A DNA stretch of 64,000 nucleotides from Eledone cirrhosa (lineage: Eukaryota), in assembly GCA_964016885.1 (NCBI GenBank), contig OZ024748.1:47430001-47494000 (forward strand), given 5' to 3'. Made by a program: the position numbers and the translations under genes. A model generated the notes under the pieces. That model was given only the letters and a program-made list of their open reading frames with translations. It did no database searches and was not told the origin of the DNA. Below, piece after piece: positions 1 through 15,546 of the stretch; position 1 is the stretch's first letter; the number at the start of each line of letters is the position of its first letter.

Positions 1-11
1 ATATATATATA

Positions 12-789
12 CAAGTGGCCTGGCAAAGTCGACCTACAACAGGTATGAGTTAGCAAAGCACTCAATAAGGGTAGGTCCTTAGAGTAATAACATACCTTTA
101 AATAGCTTGACCGATTGAACATTGCGGTAGGCAAAACCCAACCATACAATACCAAAGTAACGAAAGAACTACCAGGTTAAAATACAGACCGGGACAAATC
201 AAACGATATACGTCTGAGGTGTTTCCATGAATTCGAAATCATTTATCCAACTTACGTAACACGCAAGCTTGTGGTATTCCATGATCGAACAGAGGATTCA
301 TTTCATCAACAGGGAATACGTTCTGCCTCAAACTGGTGCGAACAAACTAAATGCCACCGCTATAGAAGGCAGCGTACGAACATTTCGTTGTCATGTGTTA
401 TTTCCAACAAGGGAAGCAACCCCCGGTTTTTGGCGGGTAAATTCAAAGTGTTAACAAAGGAAATATTATAATTTCCGCTCAAACATTCTGAATAAAAGCT
501 CGCAACCAGATGTAATTAAACAAACACAAATAATTAACCAATCAATAGGATTGTCTAATTAAATTAATTAGTTAATTATTAAATCTAGGAGAAAATAATA
601 CAAGTGGAAGCTTAGTAAAATCGAAGTTTTGGCTGTAGCCAAGCACAGTCGACCTACAATAGGAATGAGTAGCAAAGCACTCAATAAGGGTAGGTCCTTA
701 GAGTAATAACATACGTTTAAATATCTTGACAAATTAAACATTGCGGCAGGCAAAACCCAACCATACAATACCAAAGTAACGAAAGAACT

Positions 790-792
<3 letters not shown>
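12..792. mobile_element. Non-coding element between (TA)n tracts with ~165-bp diverged direct repeats (~28-171 and ~648-790); probable non-autonomous PLE-like partial tandem
   Basis: GTCGACCTACAA...AAAGCACTCAATAAGGGTAGGTCC...ACCAAAGTAACGAAAGAACTA occurs twice; TA arrays on both sides. Confidence 0.55.
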
Positions 793-830
<38 letters not shown>

Positions 831-1075
831 AAACGAAAAATCAGTGATGCATCTGAACTCAATTTATTGTGTGTTACAATTGTTTCGTCGCCGGACAGCT
901 CGAGACACGATCGTTGTGTAGAACTGTCTGATTCTGGATCTGCAGGTTCGACGGACACGTCTAATGATTTCAGAGCAAATTCTATCACGTTTTATATTAT
1001 ATCATATTCTGCTCTGTAAGAACATAGAGTGCTCAACCGGCATACAGCCTATGGAAGCATCTTAGCAACCATCAG

Positions 1076-1120
<45 letters not shown>

Positions 1121-1212
1121 ACAAGTATATATATATATATATATATATAACAAATATATATATATATAACAAGTATATATATATATATATATATATACAT
1201 ATATATAACAAG

Positions 1213-1246
<34 letters not shown>

Positions 1247-1250
1247 ACAA

Positions 1251-1295
<45 letters not shown>

Positions 1296-1300
1296 ACAAG

Positions 1301-1340
<40 letters not shown>

Positions 1341-1344
1341 ACAA

Positions 1345-1409
<65 letters not shown>

Positions 1410-1565
1410 CCTGTTATATATATATATATACTTGTTATATATATACATAGGATAACAAGTTATCGTTATAGGTAATCCTGTTAGAGATTGTGAGTACTCT
1501 GCGTCGTGCATAGTTTTAACTATGTGCATATTATATATATATGTATATGCATAGTATATATATGC

Positions 1566-1633
<68 letters not shown>

Positions 1634-1868
1634 AGTGTGTGTGTATGTATACATACATATGTATGTATGTGTATCTATTGACAGTTAATTTGCAGCAACT
1701 GTGAAATGAGTCCGTATGTTGCTGCCAACTAAACTCTCCAAGAAGATAATAGAAGTAGACAGGGTGTTGCGGAATGGTGGCTGGAATTCTTCGATTTGAG
1801 AATGCTAGAGAAATGTGTAAGCTCTATTTATACAATGGTCTCCACATTATGTAAGCCATATATATATT

Positions 1869-1919
<51 letters not shown>

Positions 1920-1920
1920 T

Positions 1921-1975
<55 letters not shown>

Positions 1976-1976
1976 T

Positions 1977-2021
<45 letters not shown>

Positions 2022-2130
2022 CCGTGTATACTAATTTTGGAAATATATATATATATATATACACATACATGCAAGATTACATACATACTAAAAGATTTGT
2101 CACTCTTCTCTCACTCTCTCACTCTCTCAC

Positions 2131-2202
<72 letters not shown>

Positions 2203-2349
2203 CGTGTGTGATGAAAATTAGGAGTGATGAGTTTGGAAAAGTTGAAGAGAGAGAGAGGGGGAGGGGGAGAGAGAGACGGTGTAGGTGAGGGAGTTATGAT
2301 GAGATAAAGGAGATGGAACGACAATAGAAATAATTGAAGACATTGATTT

Positions 2350-2616
2350 AGAAGAAGAAGAAGAAGAAGAAGAAGAAGAAGAAGAAGAAGAAGAAGAAGA
2401 AGAAGAAGAAGAAGAAGAAGAAGAAGAAGAAGAAGAAGAAGAAGGGAAAAAAAGAAGAAGAAGAAGAAGAAGAAGAAGAAGAAGAAGAAGAAGAAGAAGA
2501 AGGAGGAAACGAAGAAGAAGAAGAAGAAGAAGAAGAAGAAGAAGAAGAAGAAGAAGAAGAAGAAGAAGAAGAAGAAGAAGAAGATGAAGAAGAAGAAGAA
2601 GAAGAAGAAGAAGAAG
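2350..2616. repeat. (GAA)n microsatellite (another at 11917-12051)
   Basis: Direct inspection. Confidence 0.95.
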
Positions 2617-2899
2617 GAAATGGAGTATGAATAGCCGAGCGTATGTGAGAAAATGGCGGTATGGTGAAGGAATTGAAGGTAAAGAGAAGAGTGAGGAGAA
2701 TATAGAAGGAAATTAATATTTTTATGGGAGAGAAAAAGTCAATTGCATTGATTTTGCTGTTGTTTTGTAGGGATCTTGTTTTTGCTTCTTTTTATATTTT
2801 TTCAACGAAAATCTAGTAATTTTAGTACATGAACGCTGTTGCAACAAGTCAAACCTGAAATCTTTCATTTCTCGTTATTTTGTTTCTCATTAGTATATA

Positions 2900-2941
<42 letters not shown>

Positions 2942-3099
2942 TATATTTATATATATATATATTATATATATATATATATTATATATATATACATATATAT
3001 ATTTATATATACATATATACATACATATATATAATATATATATATATATTATATATTATATATATATATATATATAATATATATATATATATATAATAT

Positions 3100-3199
<100 letters not shown>

Positions 3200-3267
3200 T
3201 GTATACATGTATATATATATATACATGTATATATATATATATATTCGTGTACATATATTCATAAATA

Positions 3268-3323
<56 letters not shown>

Positions 3324-3448
3324 CGTGTGCGTGCACTTTAATGCATATATACGTATATATATATATATATATATATATACGTTCGTGTACATATATGCAT
3401 ACATATAAATACATATATATATGTGTGTGCACTTAAATGCATATATAC

Positions 3449-3490
<42 letters not shown>

Positions 3491-3701
3491 GTGTACATAC
3501 ATGCTTCCATGCTTACGTACACACACACAAATATATATAACATATTTCATTATATATTTTATAATTTATCCTTTTACAGGTTTCTATCATTAGACTGCGG
3601 CCATGCTGGTGCAGCAATTATAATTGATTTTTATTCTTCTTATTTTTATTTCATTTGTTTTTATTTATATTTAAATTTATACATACACACACACAAACAC
3701 A

Positions 3702-3756
<55 letters not shown>

Positions 3757-3773
3757 AAACACACGCGCACACA

Positions 3774-3852
<79 letters not shown>

Positions 3853-4759
3853 ACTCACACACACACATATGCATTTATTTATTTGCCTCTTAGATATATT
3901 TTTGTATTTTTTCATTTATTTTTAAATTTATTTAATTTAATCATTTATTTGTTTAATATCTCTTATTAATTCTTTCTCTCTATTTATATATTTTTTATTT
4001 TATATAAATTTATTTATTTATCTAATCTTTGCCATTTTAGTGAAAATAAATTAGTTCGATTTTCTTTCAAATAAATTTGAACAGCAAACAAAAAAACAAA
4101 ATAAGAAAACAAGAAGAAATATTGAACTAATGAAAAACGAACAAACACCCCCCCCCCTCCCCCCAAATAAACCGAAAAAACATGTCCAAGATAACAACAA
4201 CAACAACATCCACAACTACAACAACAACAACAACAACAACATCCACTACAACCCCGACAACCACTATAACATCCACTACAACCACAACATCAACAAATTA
4301 CTATCACAATCACAAGCAAACCAACCACTATAACAGCCACAACAACAACCACCATTACAACCACTATAACAACAACAACAACAACAACCACAAACACAAC
4401 CACATGCACCACAACAAACAAACAAGCAAAAACAACAACAACCACAACAACCACAACAACAACCACAACCACTACAACCACAACCACAACAACAACCACT
4501 ATAACTACTTCAACCACAACCACTTCAACCGTAACAACAACAACAACCACTATAACCACAACCACTACAACAACAACCACAACAACAACAACCACTATAA
4601 CTACAACCACTACAACAACAACCACTACAACAACAACCACAACAACAACTATCACCACAAACAAACAAACTAATGATGTTTCAAATGTAATGTCTTTGGA
4701 TTTATGTCCTCACCCTCCAACCCGACTCCCTCATTATCCAAATACCTAACAGGCCCAAC

Positions 4760-5220
4760 CACATCTAGCTACACCACTACACCCCACCCACCCCTCCAAT
4801 ATAGCTATATCACTAACCACCACCACCACCCACATCTAGCCACACCACTAGCCCCTCCACATCTAGCTACACCACTATCTCACCTCCATATCTCGCTACA
4901 ACACTGCCCCCCCCCCCCACCCCACTACATCTAGCTACACCACTAGCCCCTCTACACACATCTAGCCACACCACTATACCCCCCCCGCCCACATCTAGCT
5001 ACACCACTATCTCACCTCCATATCTCGCTACAACACTTATCTCCCCCCCCCCCTTTACATCTAGCCACACCACTAGCCCCTCCACACACATCTAGCTACA
5101 CCACTAGACCCCCCACTACCCCCGCCACATGTATCTAGCCACATCACTACACCCCGCCACACACACACCTAGCTACGCCATTACCCCCCCCCCCCACCAC
5201 CACCACCACATCTAACCCCC
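4760..5220. repeat. C-rich irregular minisatellite (CATCTAGCYACACCACTA core)
   Basis: The core recurs more than ten times. Confidence 0.8.
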
Positions 5221-6241
5221 ATCACTAGGCCGCCCTCACTCCAGCTTAGTGGGTGCCAACTTTTGTTTTATCAAACAATTCGGGACGAGATTTTTCAATT
5301 TACATGAATTATTGATTGGGCTTTTGATTGCTGAAATGGATCGAATTAGAACTGGAATTGGTGTTGTTGTTGTGGTGGTGTGTTGTTGTTGTTGTGGTGG
5401 TGGTGGTGGTGTGTTGTTGTTGTTGTTGTGGTGGTTGTGGTGTTGTTGATGTTGTTGTTGTTGTGGTGGTGCTGTGTTGTTGTTGTTGTTGTTGTAGTGT
5501 TGGTGGTGGGGTTGTTGTTGTTGTTGTTGTTGTTGTGGTGGTGGTGGTGGTAGTGGTGCTGTGTTTTGTTGTGGTGGTGGTGCTGTGTTGTTGTTGTTGT
5601 TGTAGTGTTGGTGGTGGTGCTGTGTTGTTGTTGTTGTGGTGGTGGTGGTGGTGTTGCTGTGTTGTTGTTGTGGTGGTGGTGCTGTGTTGTTGTTCTTGTG
5701 GTGGTGGTGGTGGTGCTGTGTTGTTGTTGTTGTGGTGGTGGTGGTGGTGCTGTGTTGTTGTTGACGTTGTTGTTGTGGTGGTGATGTGTTGTTGTTGTTG
5801 TAGTGTTGGTGGTGGTGTTGTTGTCGTTGTTGTGGTGGTGGTGCTGTGTTTTTGTTGTGGTGGTGGTGGAGCTGTGTTGTTGTCGATGTTGTTGTTGTGG
5901 TGGTGGCGGTGCTGTGTTGTTGTTGTTGTGGTGGTGGTGCTGTGTTGTTGTTGTTGTTGTTGTGGTGGTGTTGTTGATGTTGTCGTGGTGGTTGTGGTGG
6001 CGGTGGTGGTGGTGCTTCTGGTGTGTTGTTGTTGTGGTGGTGGTGGTGGTGATTGTGGTGGTGGTAGTAGTAATGCTGGTGGTGATAGTAGTGATGGTGG
6101 TGGTGGCGGTGGTGGCGGTGGTTGAGAGGTGATGTTTAATTCCTGTTTTTCAAATGATTTCCGTTTTTCTTCTATTTTTCATCATCTTTTAATGTTTCCC
6201 GGTCCTACATGTATGTATATGTTCACGTATTTATATACATA

Positions 6242-6525
6242 CATGGTGGCTGCCAACTCGTTTTCGAGTACGGCCACTACTTTATATCCATGTAGGAGAA
6301 CCCCTACCGATGCGCTGAACGAGTGTGACTTTTTAGTCCAGCCAGCGACTTGAAAACTCTGGTACAAACACTACACTTGTGACAATTATTGACACATAGT
6401 GCTGGGCCCATGGTACCATGTGATGACAAGTGCAGAGAGATCTCCAGATATAAAGCAATGCCTGTGCCGTGAAGCTTTTATAGTGAGCAAAGGCACTGCA
6501 CAAAGCCAGTCCCACTCTCTTAACC
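6242..6525 (-). mobile_element. Dispersed non-coding retroposon-like repeat (second copy 45351-45590; relatives at 10595-10950 and 11105-11295)
   Basis: Near-identical ~240-bp copies 39 kb apart; blocks shared with the 10595 and 11105 copies. Confidence 0.7.
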
Positions 6526-6662
6526 ATGTATGTGTGTATAATATGTTGTTGCTATCATGTCAGTTGAAAGATGAGAAGGTGTAGTGATTCTGTATTAGTA
6601 AATTATCTGTAGTGATTGCCTGGTCCTAGCTCTCTCACTGGTATATATATATATATATATAT

Positions 6663-6874
<212 letters not shown>

Positions 6875-6949
6875 ATATATATATATGTATGTATATGTGT
6901 GTTTATATATGTGTGTGTATATATATAAATATATATATACGTATGTATA

Positions 6950-6990
<41 letters not shown>

Positions 6991-7148
6991 ACAAACATAC
7001 GTATATATATATAAACACATACGAATATATATAAACACATACGTATATATATACATATATATATATATACATACATACATATATACATATATATATATAT
7101 ACATATATACATATATATATATATATACATCTACATTCATACATATAT

Positions 7149-7199
<51 letters not shown>

Positions 7200-7200
7200 C

Positions 7201-7271
<71 letters not shown>

Positions 7272-7285
7272 CATATACATACATA

Positions 7286-7316
<31 letters not shown>

Positions 7317-7447
7317 GTATATATTTACTTATGTATGTGGCAGAGAAACAAATTAAAAGACAGCAGAAAAAATAGGAATCGGTCCCAAATTAATTACCCA
7401 CTTCAATGAACTTAACTGGGGGGGGGGGTAGTTGAATGGGGTTCTAT

Positions 7448-7563
7448 TGATGGTGATGGTGATGATGGTGGTGATGGTGATGGTGATGTTGATGATGATG
7501 ATGATGATGATGATGGTGGTGATGATGATGGTGATGGTGATGGTGATGATGGTGATGATGATG

Positions 7564-7619
<56 letters not shown>

Positions 7620-7719
7620 GGTGGTGATGGTGATGATGATGATGGTGATGATGATGATGATGGTGATGGTGATGATGATGATGGTGATGATGGTGATGAT
7701 GATGATGGTGATGATGATG

Positions 7720-7775
<56 letters not shown>

Positions 7776-8547
7776 GGTGGTGATGGTGATGATGATGATG
7801 GTGATGATGATGATGATGATGATGATGGTCATGATGATGGTGATGGTGATGATGGTGATGGTGATGCTACACCCATTCATTCTAGGCCTTTCATAATCTC
7901 CTTTATCATCTTTTTCTATCATCAGCATCATCATCATCAACAACAAAATCTACACTACGAGCACCACCACCACCACCACCACCACCACCATCATCACTAT
8001 CATCATCATCGTCATCATCATCATCATCTCCACCACCACCACCACTATCACTATCATCATCGTTGTCATCTCCACCACCACCACCACCAATATCATCATC
8101 ATCGTCATCATCATCTCCACCACCACCACCATCATCATCATCATGATTTCCACCACCATCATCATAATTCTCACCACCACCACCACCACTACCATCATCA
8201 TCATCACCAACACTAACACCACAATCACCACCACGACCACCACCACCACTATCATCATCGTCATCATCAAGGCCATGACCACCAAGAGCACCACCGCCAC
8301 CATCACCATCATCACCACCATCATCATCGTCATCGCCATCACAACCACCACCATCACCACCACCACCACCACCACCACCACCACCACCACCACCACCACC
8401 ATCACCATTACCATCATCACCATCATGGCCATCATCATCACCATCATCACCATCATCACCATCATCACCATCATCACCACCGTCATCATCACCATCACCC
8501 CCACCACCATCACCACCACCACCACCGCCACCATCATCATCATCACC

Positions 8548-8596
<49 letters not shown>

Positions 8597-8670
8597 CCAC
8601 CACCATCACCACCAGCGGCAGCATCATCGCTATGACAATCATCATCATCATCATCATCGTCATCTTCAAT
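7448..8670. repeat. (GAT/GGT)n array followed by the complementary (CAT/CAC)n array
   Basis: 7448-7866 and 7920-8670. Confidence 0.9.
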
Positions 8671-9927
8671 GTCGTTGGCTGTTAGATTTTATTTTTTATT
8701 GTCATTGTTTTTGTTTGTTATTATTGCTGTTGTTGTTGCTGTTGTCATTGTGTTTGTTGTTGTTGCTGTTGTGTATATTGCTTTTGTGTTTGTTTGCTGT
8801 TGTTGTTGTTGTTGTTGTCGCCGTCGTCGTTGTTGCTGTTGTTGTTATTGTCGTTGTTGTTGTTGTTATTATTGCTGTTGGTTGTTTCTGTTGTTGTGAT
8901 TGTTGCTGTTGTGGTTGTTGTTGTTCCTCTTGCTGTGGTTGTTGCTGTTGTTGCTGTTATTATTGCTGTAGTTGTTTCTGTTGTTGGTGTTGTTGTTGTT
9001 ATTAGGGTTGCTGTGGTTGTTGCTGTTATTATTGCTGTAGTTGTTTCTGTTTTTTGGTGTTGTTGTTGTGATTAGGGTTGCTGTTATTGTTGTTATTATT
9101 GTTGCTGTTGGTGCTGTTGTTGTTGTTGTTATGATTGCTGTTGGTTGTTTCTGTTGTTGTGATTGTTGCTGTTGTTGTGGTTGTTGGTGTTGTTGTTGGT
9201 GTTGTTGCTGTTATTATTGCTGTAGTTGTTATGGTTGTTGGTGTTGTTGTTCCTGTTGTTGTGGTTGTTGTTATTATTGCTGTTGGTTGTTTCTGTTGTT
9301 GTGATTATTGCTGTTGTGGTTGTTGTTGGTGTTGTTGTTTCTGTTGCTGTTGTGGTTGTTGTTTCTCTTGTAGTTGTTCCTGTTGTTGCTATTGTTGTAT
9401 TTATTGCTGTTGATCTCTAACCATCTCAGAAAACGTAACAGATTCTCATCCCTCAGGGAAATAAACTTTCCACATCACTATTCGTCTGTTTCTGTTGCGG
9501 TCAGCCAATTCAGATATATTCGCTCTTCCACAAAATTAAGAATCGATGCAGAACGACGTAAAAGGAATCACACACTCTCTCTATCTCTGCCCCCCCCCCC
9601 CTTCACACACACAAACACAGGCACACACGCACACATTCTCTCACTGTCTCTCGCTCTCCCTATCTCTGCCACACATACACACAAACACAGGCACACACAC
9701 ACTCTCTCGTTCTCCCTAGCTCTGCCACACACACACACACACGCACAAACACAGGCACACACTCTCTCTCGCTCTCTCTCTCTCTCTCTTTCATACACAC
9801 ACATAAACACAGGCACACACATACCCTCTCTCTCGCTCTTCCTATCTCTGCCACACACACACAGAAACACACTCTCTTTCGCTCTCTCTTTCACACACAC
9901 ACATAAACACACTCTCTCGCTCTCTCT

Positions 9928-9959
<32 letters not shown>

Positions 9960-9967
9960 TAAACACA

Positions 9968-10009
<42 letters not shown>

Positions 10010-10017
10010 TAAACACA

Positions 10018-10064
<47 letters not shown>

Positions 10065-10594
10065 AAACATAAATACTTTCTGTTCAACAATTGTAGAAAA
10101 ATTTATATTTCAACTTAATTCCCCAAAAACCTCAATTGGTGTTTATACACTGGAACTAGGTTCTAAAAACTCTGCTGGTCTTTAAACTTTAGAACTATTC
10201 TTCAGAACCGTTGTTACTTTTTATTCAGAATTGGCCCCTCTTCACCAAACTCTTTAAAATAGTCCTCCTGGAACCGTAGAGGGCCGTGATGGCAGATCTT
10301 ATCCCAGTTTAATGTGGCCTCAAGCAACTGAATAGACAAGACTTACCCCTATAAACGGGACGTAGTTATAGAAGCATATTCTTCAGATTTTCCCCAAGCC
10401 TTAAGCTAGTGTGGTTAGCGCCTGGCAAGGTTAGGAATGGCCCTAATATTTTTTTAGAACAAACCGCCTGAAATCACCCGTTTTTATGGCGCATAGCTGT
10501 TTATATTAAAATGATTATATTAATTTAAATATTTGCCATTTCATACATACATACATGCACACATGCATACATACATACATACATACATACATAC

Positions 10595-11295
10595 ATGATG
10601 GCTGCCCCCCCCCCCCGTTATCGAGTATGGCCATTGCACGATATAACATTATCAATAATTATTAATTAATTCTATCGTGCAATGCCTGTGCGTGAAGTTG
10701 GGTTTTTAAAGTGAGGAAAGAATGTGCACTGAGCCAATCCCACTCTCTGAGCGACAGTAGCTATACCCGAATAGAATAAAAGATCAACATCATCGGTAAC
10801 TACTGAGTGGTAGGTTTTATATCGGAGTTATCCCAGTTTCCTGAGTTGCCTTCTCCTAGATGAATGCCCTGACAAAGCCTAGGGCTCCTTCACTCCCAGT
10901 GGTTTAACCACGTGATCGGGTGTCCAGCTCGATTATTTCTATGTCCCCGCGAATATACATACATATGTATACATGTATATACATTTACACATATATACAT
11001 ATGTATATACATATTTATACATTTTTGGATGGCCGTTGACTCTTATGAGTTCTTCCGCCCTTTACATACTTACTTACGGACATACATACATACATACATA
11101 CATGATGATGGCTGCCCCCTCGTTATCGAGTATGGCCATTGCACGATATACCATTATTAATAATTATTAATTAATTCTATCGTGCAATGCCTGTGCGTGA
11201 AGATATGTTTTAAAGTGAGGAAAGACTGTGCACTGAGCCAATCCCACTCTCTGAGTGACAGTAGCTATAACCCGAAAAGAAGAAAAGATCAACAT
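10595..11295 (-). mobile_element. Two copies of a short retroposon with (ATGT)n tails; the longer one has an RTE-5'UTR-like CTAGGAGAAGGCAACTC motif
   Basis: 10595-10790 matches 11105-11295; internal hairpin TGCACGATA...TATCGTGCA. Confidence 0.6.
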
Positions 11296-11302
11296 ACATA
11301 TA

Positions 11303-11478
11303 TACGTAGGACGGCTCAAGAGTTGATAAGCTGACCAAATTACTCTCATGGAATGACCAAATGCAGTTTATTTTTTAACATAGTCTCTGGAAGTAAACAA
11401 TGCAGTTTTAATAAGAAGAGTTGAAATTGATGCATGCACGATTTCACAGCTCTAGCATCACTTCTCCACAGCCAGCCG
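11303..11478 (+). mobile_element. Single-unit relative of the 42512 mariner-like MITE
   Basis: TACGTAGGACGGCTCAAGAGTT...CTCTCATGGAATGACCAAATG...GCATGCACGATTTCACAGC is the reverse complement of the 143-bp unit. Confidence 0.65.
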
Positions 11479-12022
11479 ATGAATCTTTCAGCCAACTCTC
11501 GTTCATTTCCATTCGTACATTCTCTAGAGAGTAATGTAAATTTCTTCCAAGAAATTTACATTATTCCTAAAGATTCCTGCTTTAGACATCCACCTATCTC
11601 TTCTACTACGAACTCTACCCAATGTTAAGCATGTTAAAATGGCGCTGCTGATTAAATGAATCACGAGAACATATCTATATTATATGCAAAATATTCCCCC
11701 TCATTCTCTCTTACGCTTTAACCATTCCTTACTTTCAGCATGGAACTAATTAACTAAATGAAGACAATTATTAATCTTCTAAACATCTTGGGGTATCTTT
11801 TAAACATATGTACTCATCGATAGTACTACCACTACTACTACTGTTGCTACTATTATTACTACTACTACTAATGCTGCTACTATTACTACTGCTACTAATA
11901 TTGCTACTGCTTCATAGAAGAAGAAGAAGAAGAAGAAGAAGAAGAAGAAGAAGAAGAAGAAGAAGAAGAAGAAGAAGAAGAAGAAGAAGAAGAAGAAGAA
12001 GAAGAAGAAGAAGAAGAAGAAG

Positions 12023-12053
<31 letters not shown>

Positions 12054-12319
12054 TTTTGTTCGCCTCCTTTTATTTCGTTTTCTTCTTTCCTCCCACCATT
12101 TTCTTCCTTTCTTCTTCTTCTTGACATATTTTGGTTTCGGTAAATACTGGAATCTTGATAAAGAGAATAATCCCAGTAAAAGCTTAGTGGGGGCGGTGAG
12201 GAGCCCAGAATTAAGATATAGGATTCTTTAAACCTGTCTTTTACAAATCCTTTGGATCTTGGAATAGGTACAGAAACATTCGGTCATTAAAATAAACATC
12301 TCTCTCTCACGGTCACTGC

Positions 12320-12358
<39 letters not shown>

Positions 12359-12873
12359 ACTGTCTCTCTGTCCATCCCATACTGTCATTCTCTCTCCCTC
12401 TCTCTTACTGTCATTCTTTCTCTCTGTATGTATGTATGTGTATGTGACTGTATGTATGTGTGTATGAATGTGTGCATGTGTGTTATGTATGTAGGTATAT
12501 ATATATATATATGCACGTCAAAAATGAGCGAGACAAGGCAGGTTCTTCCAACACTATCCCTATCTGTCACTAAATCAACAACCCACCCACACCAATTACT
12601 GGTATGGAAAAGGCCGTATTTCTCGAGCTGCAACCATTATATTACGAGGATTCATTATAATAATAATCATCGGGGCGGTCAGTCAGAGATGTCATGGATA
12701 AAAATGAGATTTAAAATCTGTTAAAATCTTTTTACAGATTTTAAATCTCATTTCATATCTTTTATCTATAACATCTCTCTCTGACGACCGATCCAGACGT
12801 TTATTATTAACGTCTGTGATCCAGAAACCTTTGGTAATGGAATAGTTATATTTTGTGTTGTTCAATTTCTAAT

Positions 12874-12957
<84 letters not shown>

Positions 12958-12963
<6 letters not shown>

Positions 12964-13118
12964 GACAGGGGGGAAGAAATAATGGCTTCACTTGTGCTTT
13001 CAACAAATTTATTTTCTTCACAAAATCCCAAAAATCCTTTTTTGGGGATTTTGTGAAGAAAATAAATTTGTTGAAAGCACAAGTGAAGCCATTTTTTCTT
13101 CCCCCCTGTCTTAATATA
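12958..13118. repeat. ~160-bp near-perfect palindrome within (TA)n
   Basis: TAAGACAGGGGGAAGAAA...ATCCCAAAAA-TCC-TTTTTGGGGAT...TTCTTCCCCCCTGTCTTA. Confidence 0.85.
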
Positions 13119-13147
13119 CCTAACTGTACCAAGGATTACACACATTT

Positions 13148-13188
<41 letters not shown>

Positions 13189-13189
13189 A

Positions 13190-13346
13190 TATAAGATCAA
13201 AAGATGGTTAAAGGAGTTCCATGTATTTTATTATGCGCATTTCAAAAACAAACATCATCATGCAATAATATTTGTGTTTTCATCAGATAAAACAGGAGAA
13301 TATGATATGAAGGCTAAAAAACACTTGTGGATAGTGCAGTTTTAAA
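13190..13346. repeat. Dispersed ~155-bp repeat next to (TA)n (inverted copy at 44860-45018)
   Basis: AAGATCAAAAGATGGTTAA...CACTTGTGGATAGTGCAGTTTTAAA is found as its reverse complement at 44860-45018. Confidence 0.75.
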
Positions 13347-13379
13347 TCAACATATATATATTTATATATATATATATCC

Positions 13380-13858
<479 letters not shown>

Positions 13859-13925
13859 TATATATACATATACACTATATTATATATATATACACTATAT
13901 ATATATATATATATATATACATATA

Positions 13926-13961
<36 letters not shown>

Positions 13962-14003
13962 TATATATATATATATATATATATATCTGTATCTGTGTGT
14001 TTC

Positions 14004-14168
<165 letters not shown>

Positions 14169-14319
14169 AGTAATATTTCTGGTGCTGGTCTTTCGAAGAA
14201 ACCATTCGAAATCTGCCATATTTGTTGTGGTGATTCCCAGGATAGTGTTCACCAAATTCTTTAAAATGTATCAACTATATTTCTGTATCACATCTACTCA
14301 GGAGGAAACTATATTTTTT

Positions 14320-14760
14320 ATATAGTAGTTTTGGGAGGGTCATACTGGCAATCAAACACACGCACAATAATAGGTTTCACTTTATTTTCACTAACATTTC
14401 AATAGGATTATCAACTAACTAATTTATTAATTTCCATAGTCCTTTCGCCATAACCTGTTTACTTTCACGATAACATATCAGGTCTGTGTCTTTATTTTCA
14501 CTAACATTTCAATAGGATTATCAACTAATTAATTTATTAATTTCCATAGTCCTTTCGCCACAACCTGTTTACTTTCACGATGACATATCTCGTCTGTGTC
14601 TTTATTTTCACTAACATTTTAATCGCTTTATCAACTAAGAAATTAATTAATTTTCATAGACCTTTCGTCACAAGCTGTGACTTTCACGATGGCATTTCAC
14701 CTCTGTGTATTTTTTCTTTCATCATCCATACTCACTCCATCTTTTCTGTTTATCTTCTTA
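14320..14760 (-). mobile_element. Old relative of the large PLE: 3' end with three 110-bp tandem repeats
   Basis: The terminus ATGACCCTCCCAAAACTAC-tatata resembles ATGACCCTCCCCAAATATAAC-tatata. Repeats start at 14381, 14491 and 14601. AAGATAAACAGAAAAGATGGAGTG resembles the codons for KLNRKNEW. Confidence 0.55.
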
Positions 14761-15141
14761 CTTAATTAAATCTTCCATTGGTAAGAACGAAGTGTTAACA
14801 ATGTTTGCAATTTTTCACACTTCCATTAATCCTCTGGTAGACACTATTGATTCCTAGTCATTTCTCAAACCTGTTTTCTTTAGTTGATAATCACGAGAGC
14901 TGAGTCTATGACTATAAACTTACTAAGTCATTAAACTTCTCGTCTGATTGTATAATTATCCTGTAAGTAAGTAATGTAAGTATTTTGACTCCATAATATC
15001 GCATTTATTCATTTATCTGTCAAAGTCAAATTGATTCTGGCTGCAACTGTACAATAAAAGCCTGCGACTGGTCAATCTGACCAGATATAAACATATATAT
15101 ACACACATATATATATACACACATATATATATACACACAAG

Positions 15142-15172
<31 letters not shown>

Positions 15173-15177
15173 CACAC

Positions 15178-15255
<78 letters not shown>

Positions 15256-15366
15256 GAATAAACACACATACACACACATATATGAATGTATACCTATATA
15301 TAATTCTATAAGTGTGTGTGCATTTATATGTATGTATAAATACATACGTATAAATGATACATATAA

Positions 15367-15397
<31 letters not shown>

Positions 15398-15465
15398 CAA
15401 ACATAACTACACATACAAATATCCATACATACATATACATATATATATGTGTGTGTGTGTATGTG

Positions 15466-15546
<81 letters not shown>

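Noticed and set aside
1690-1805. Possible host exon on the minus strand ([23 protein letters not shown], loosely kinesin-like)
   Set aside because: Weak similarity, ends in a stop, and no partner exons found; needs RNA-seq or BLASTX.
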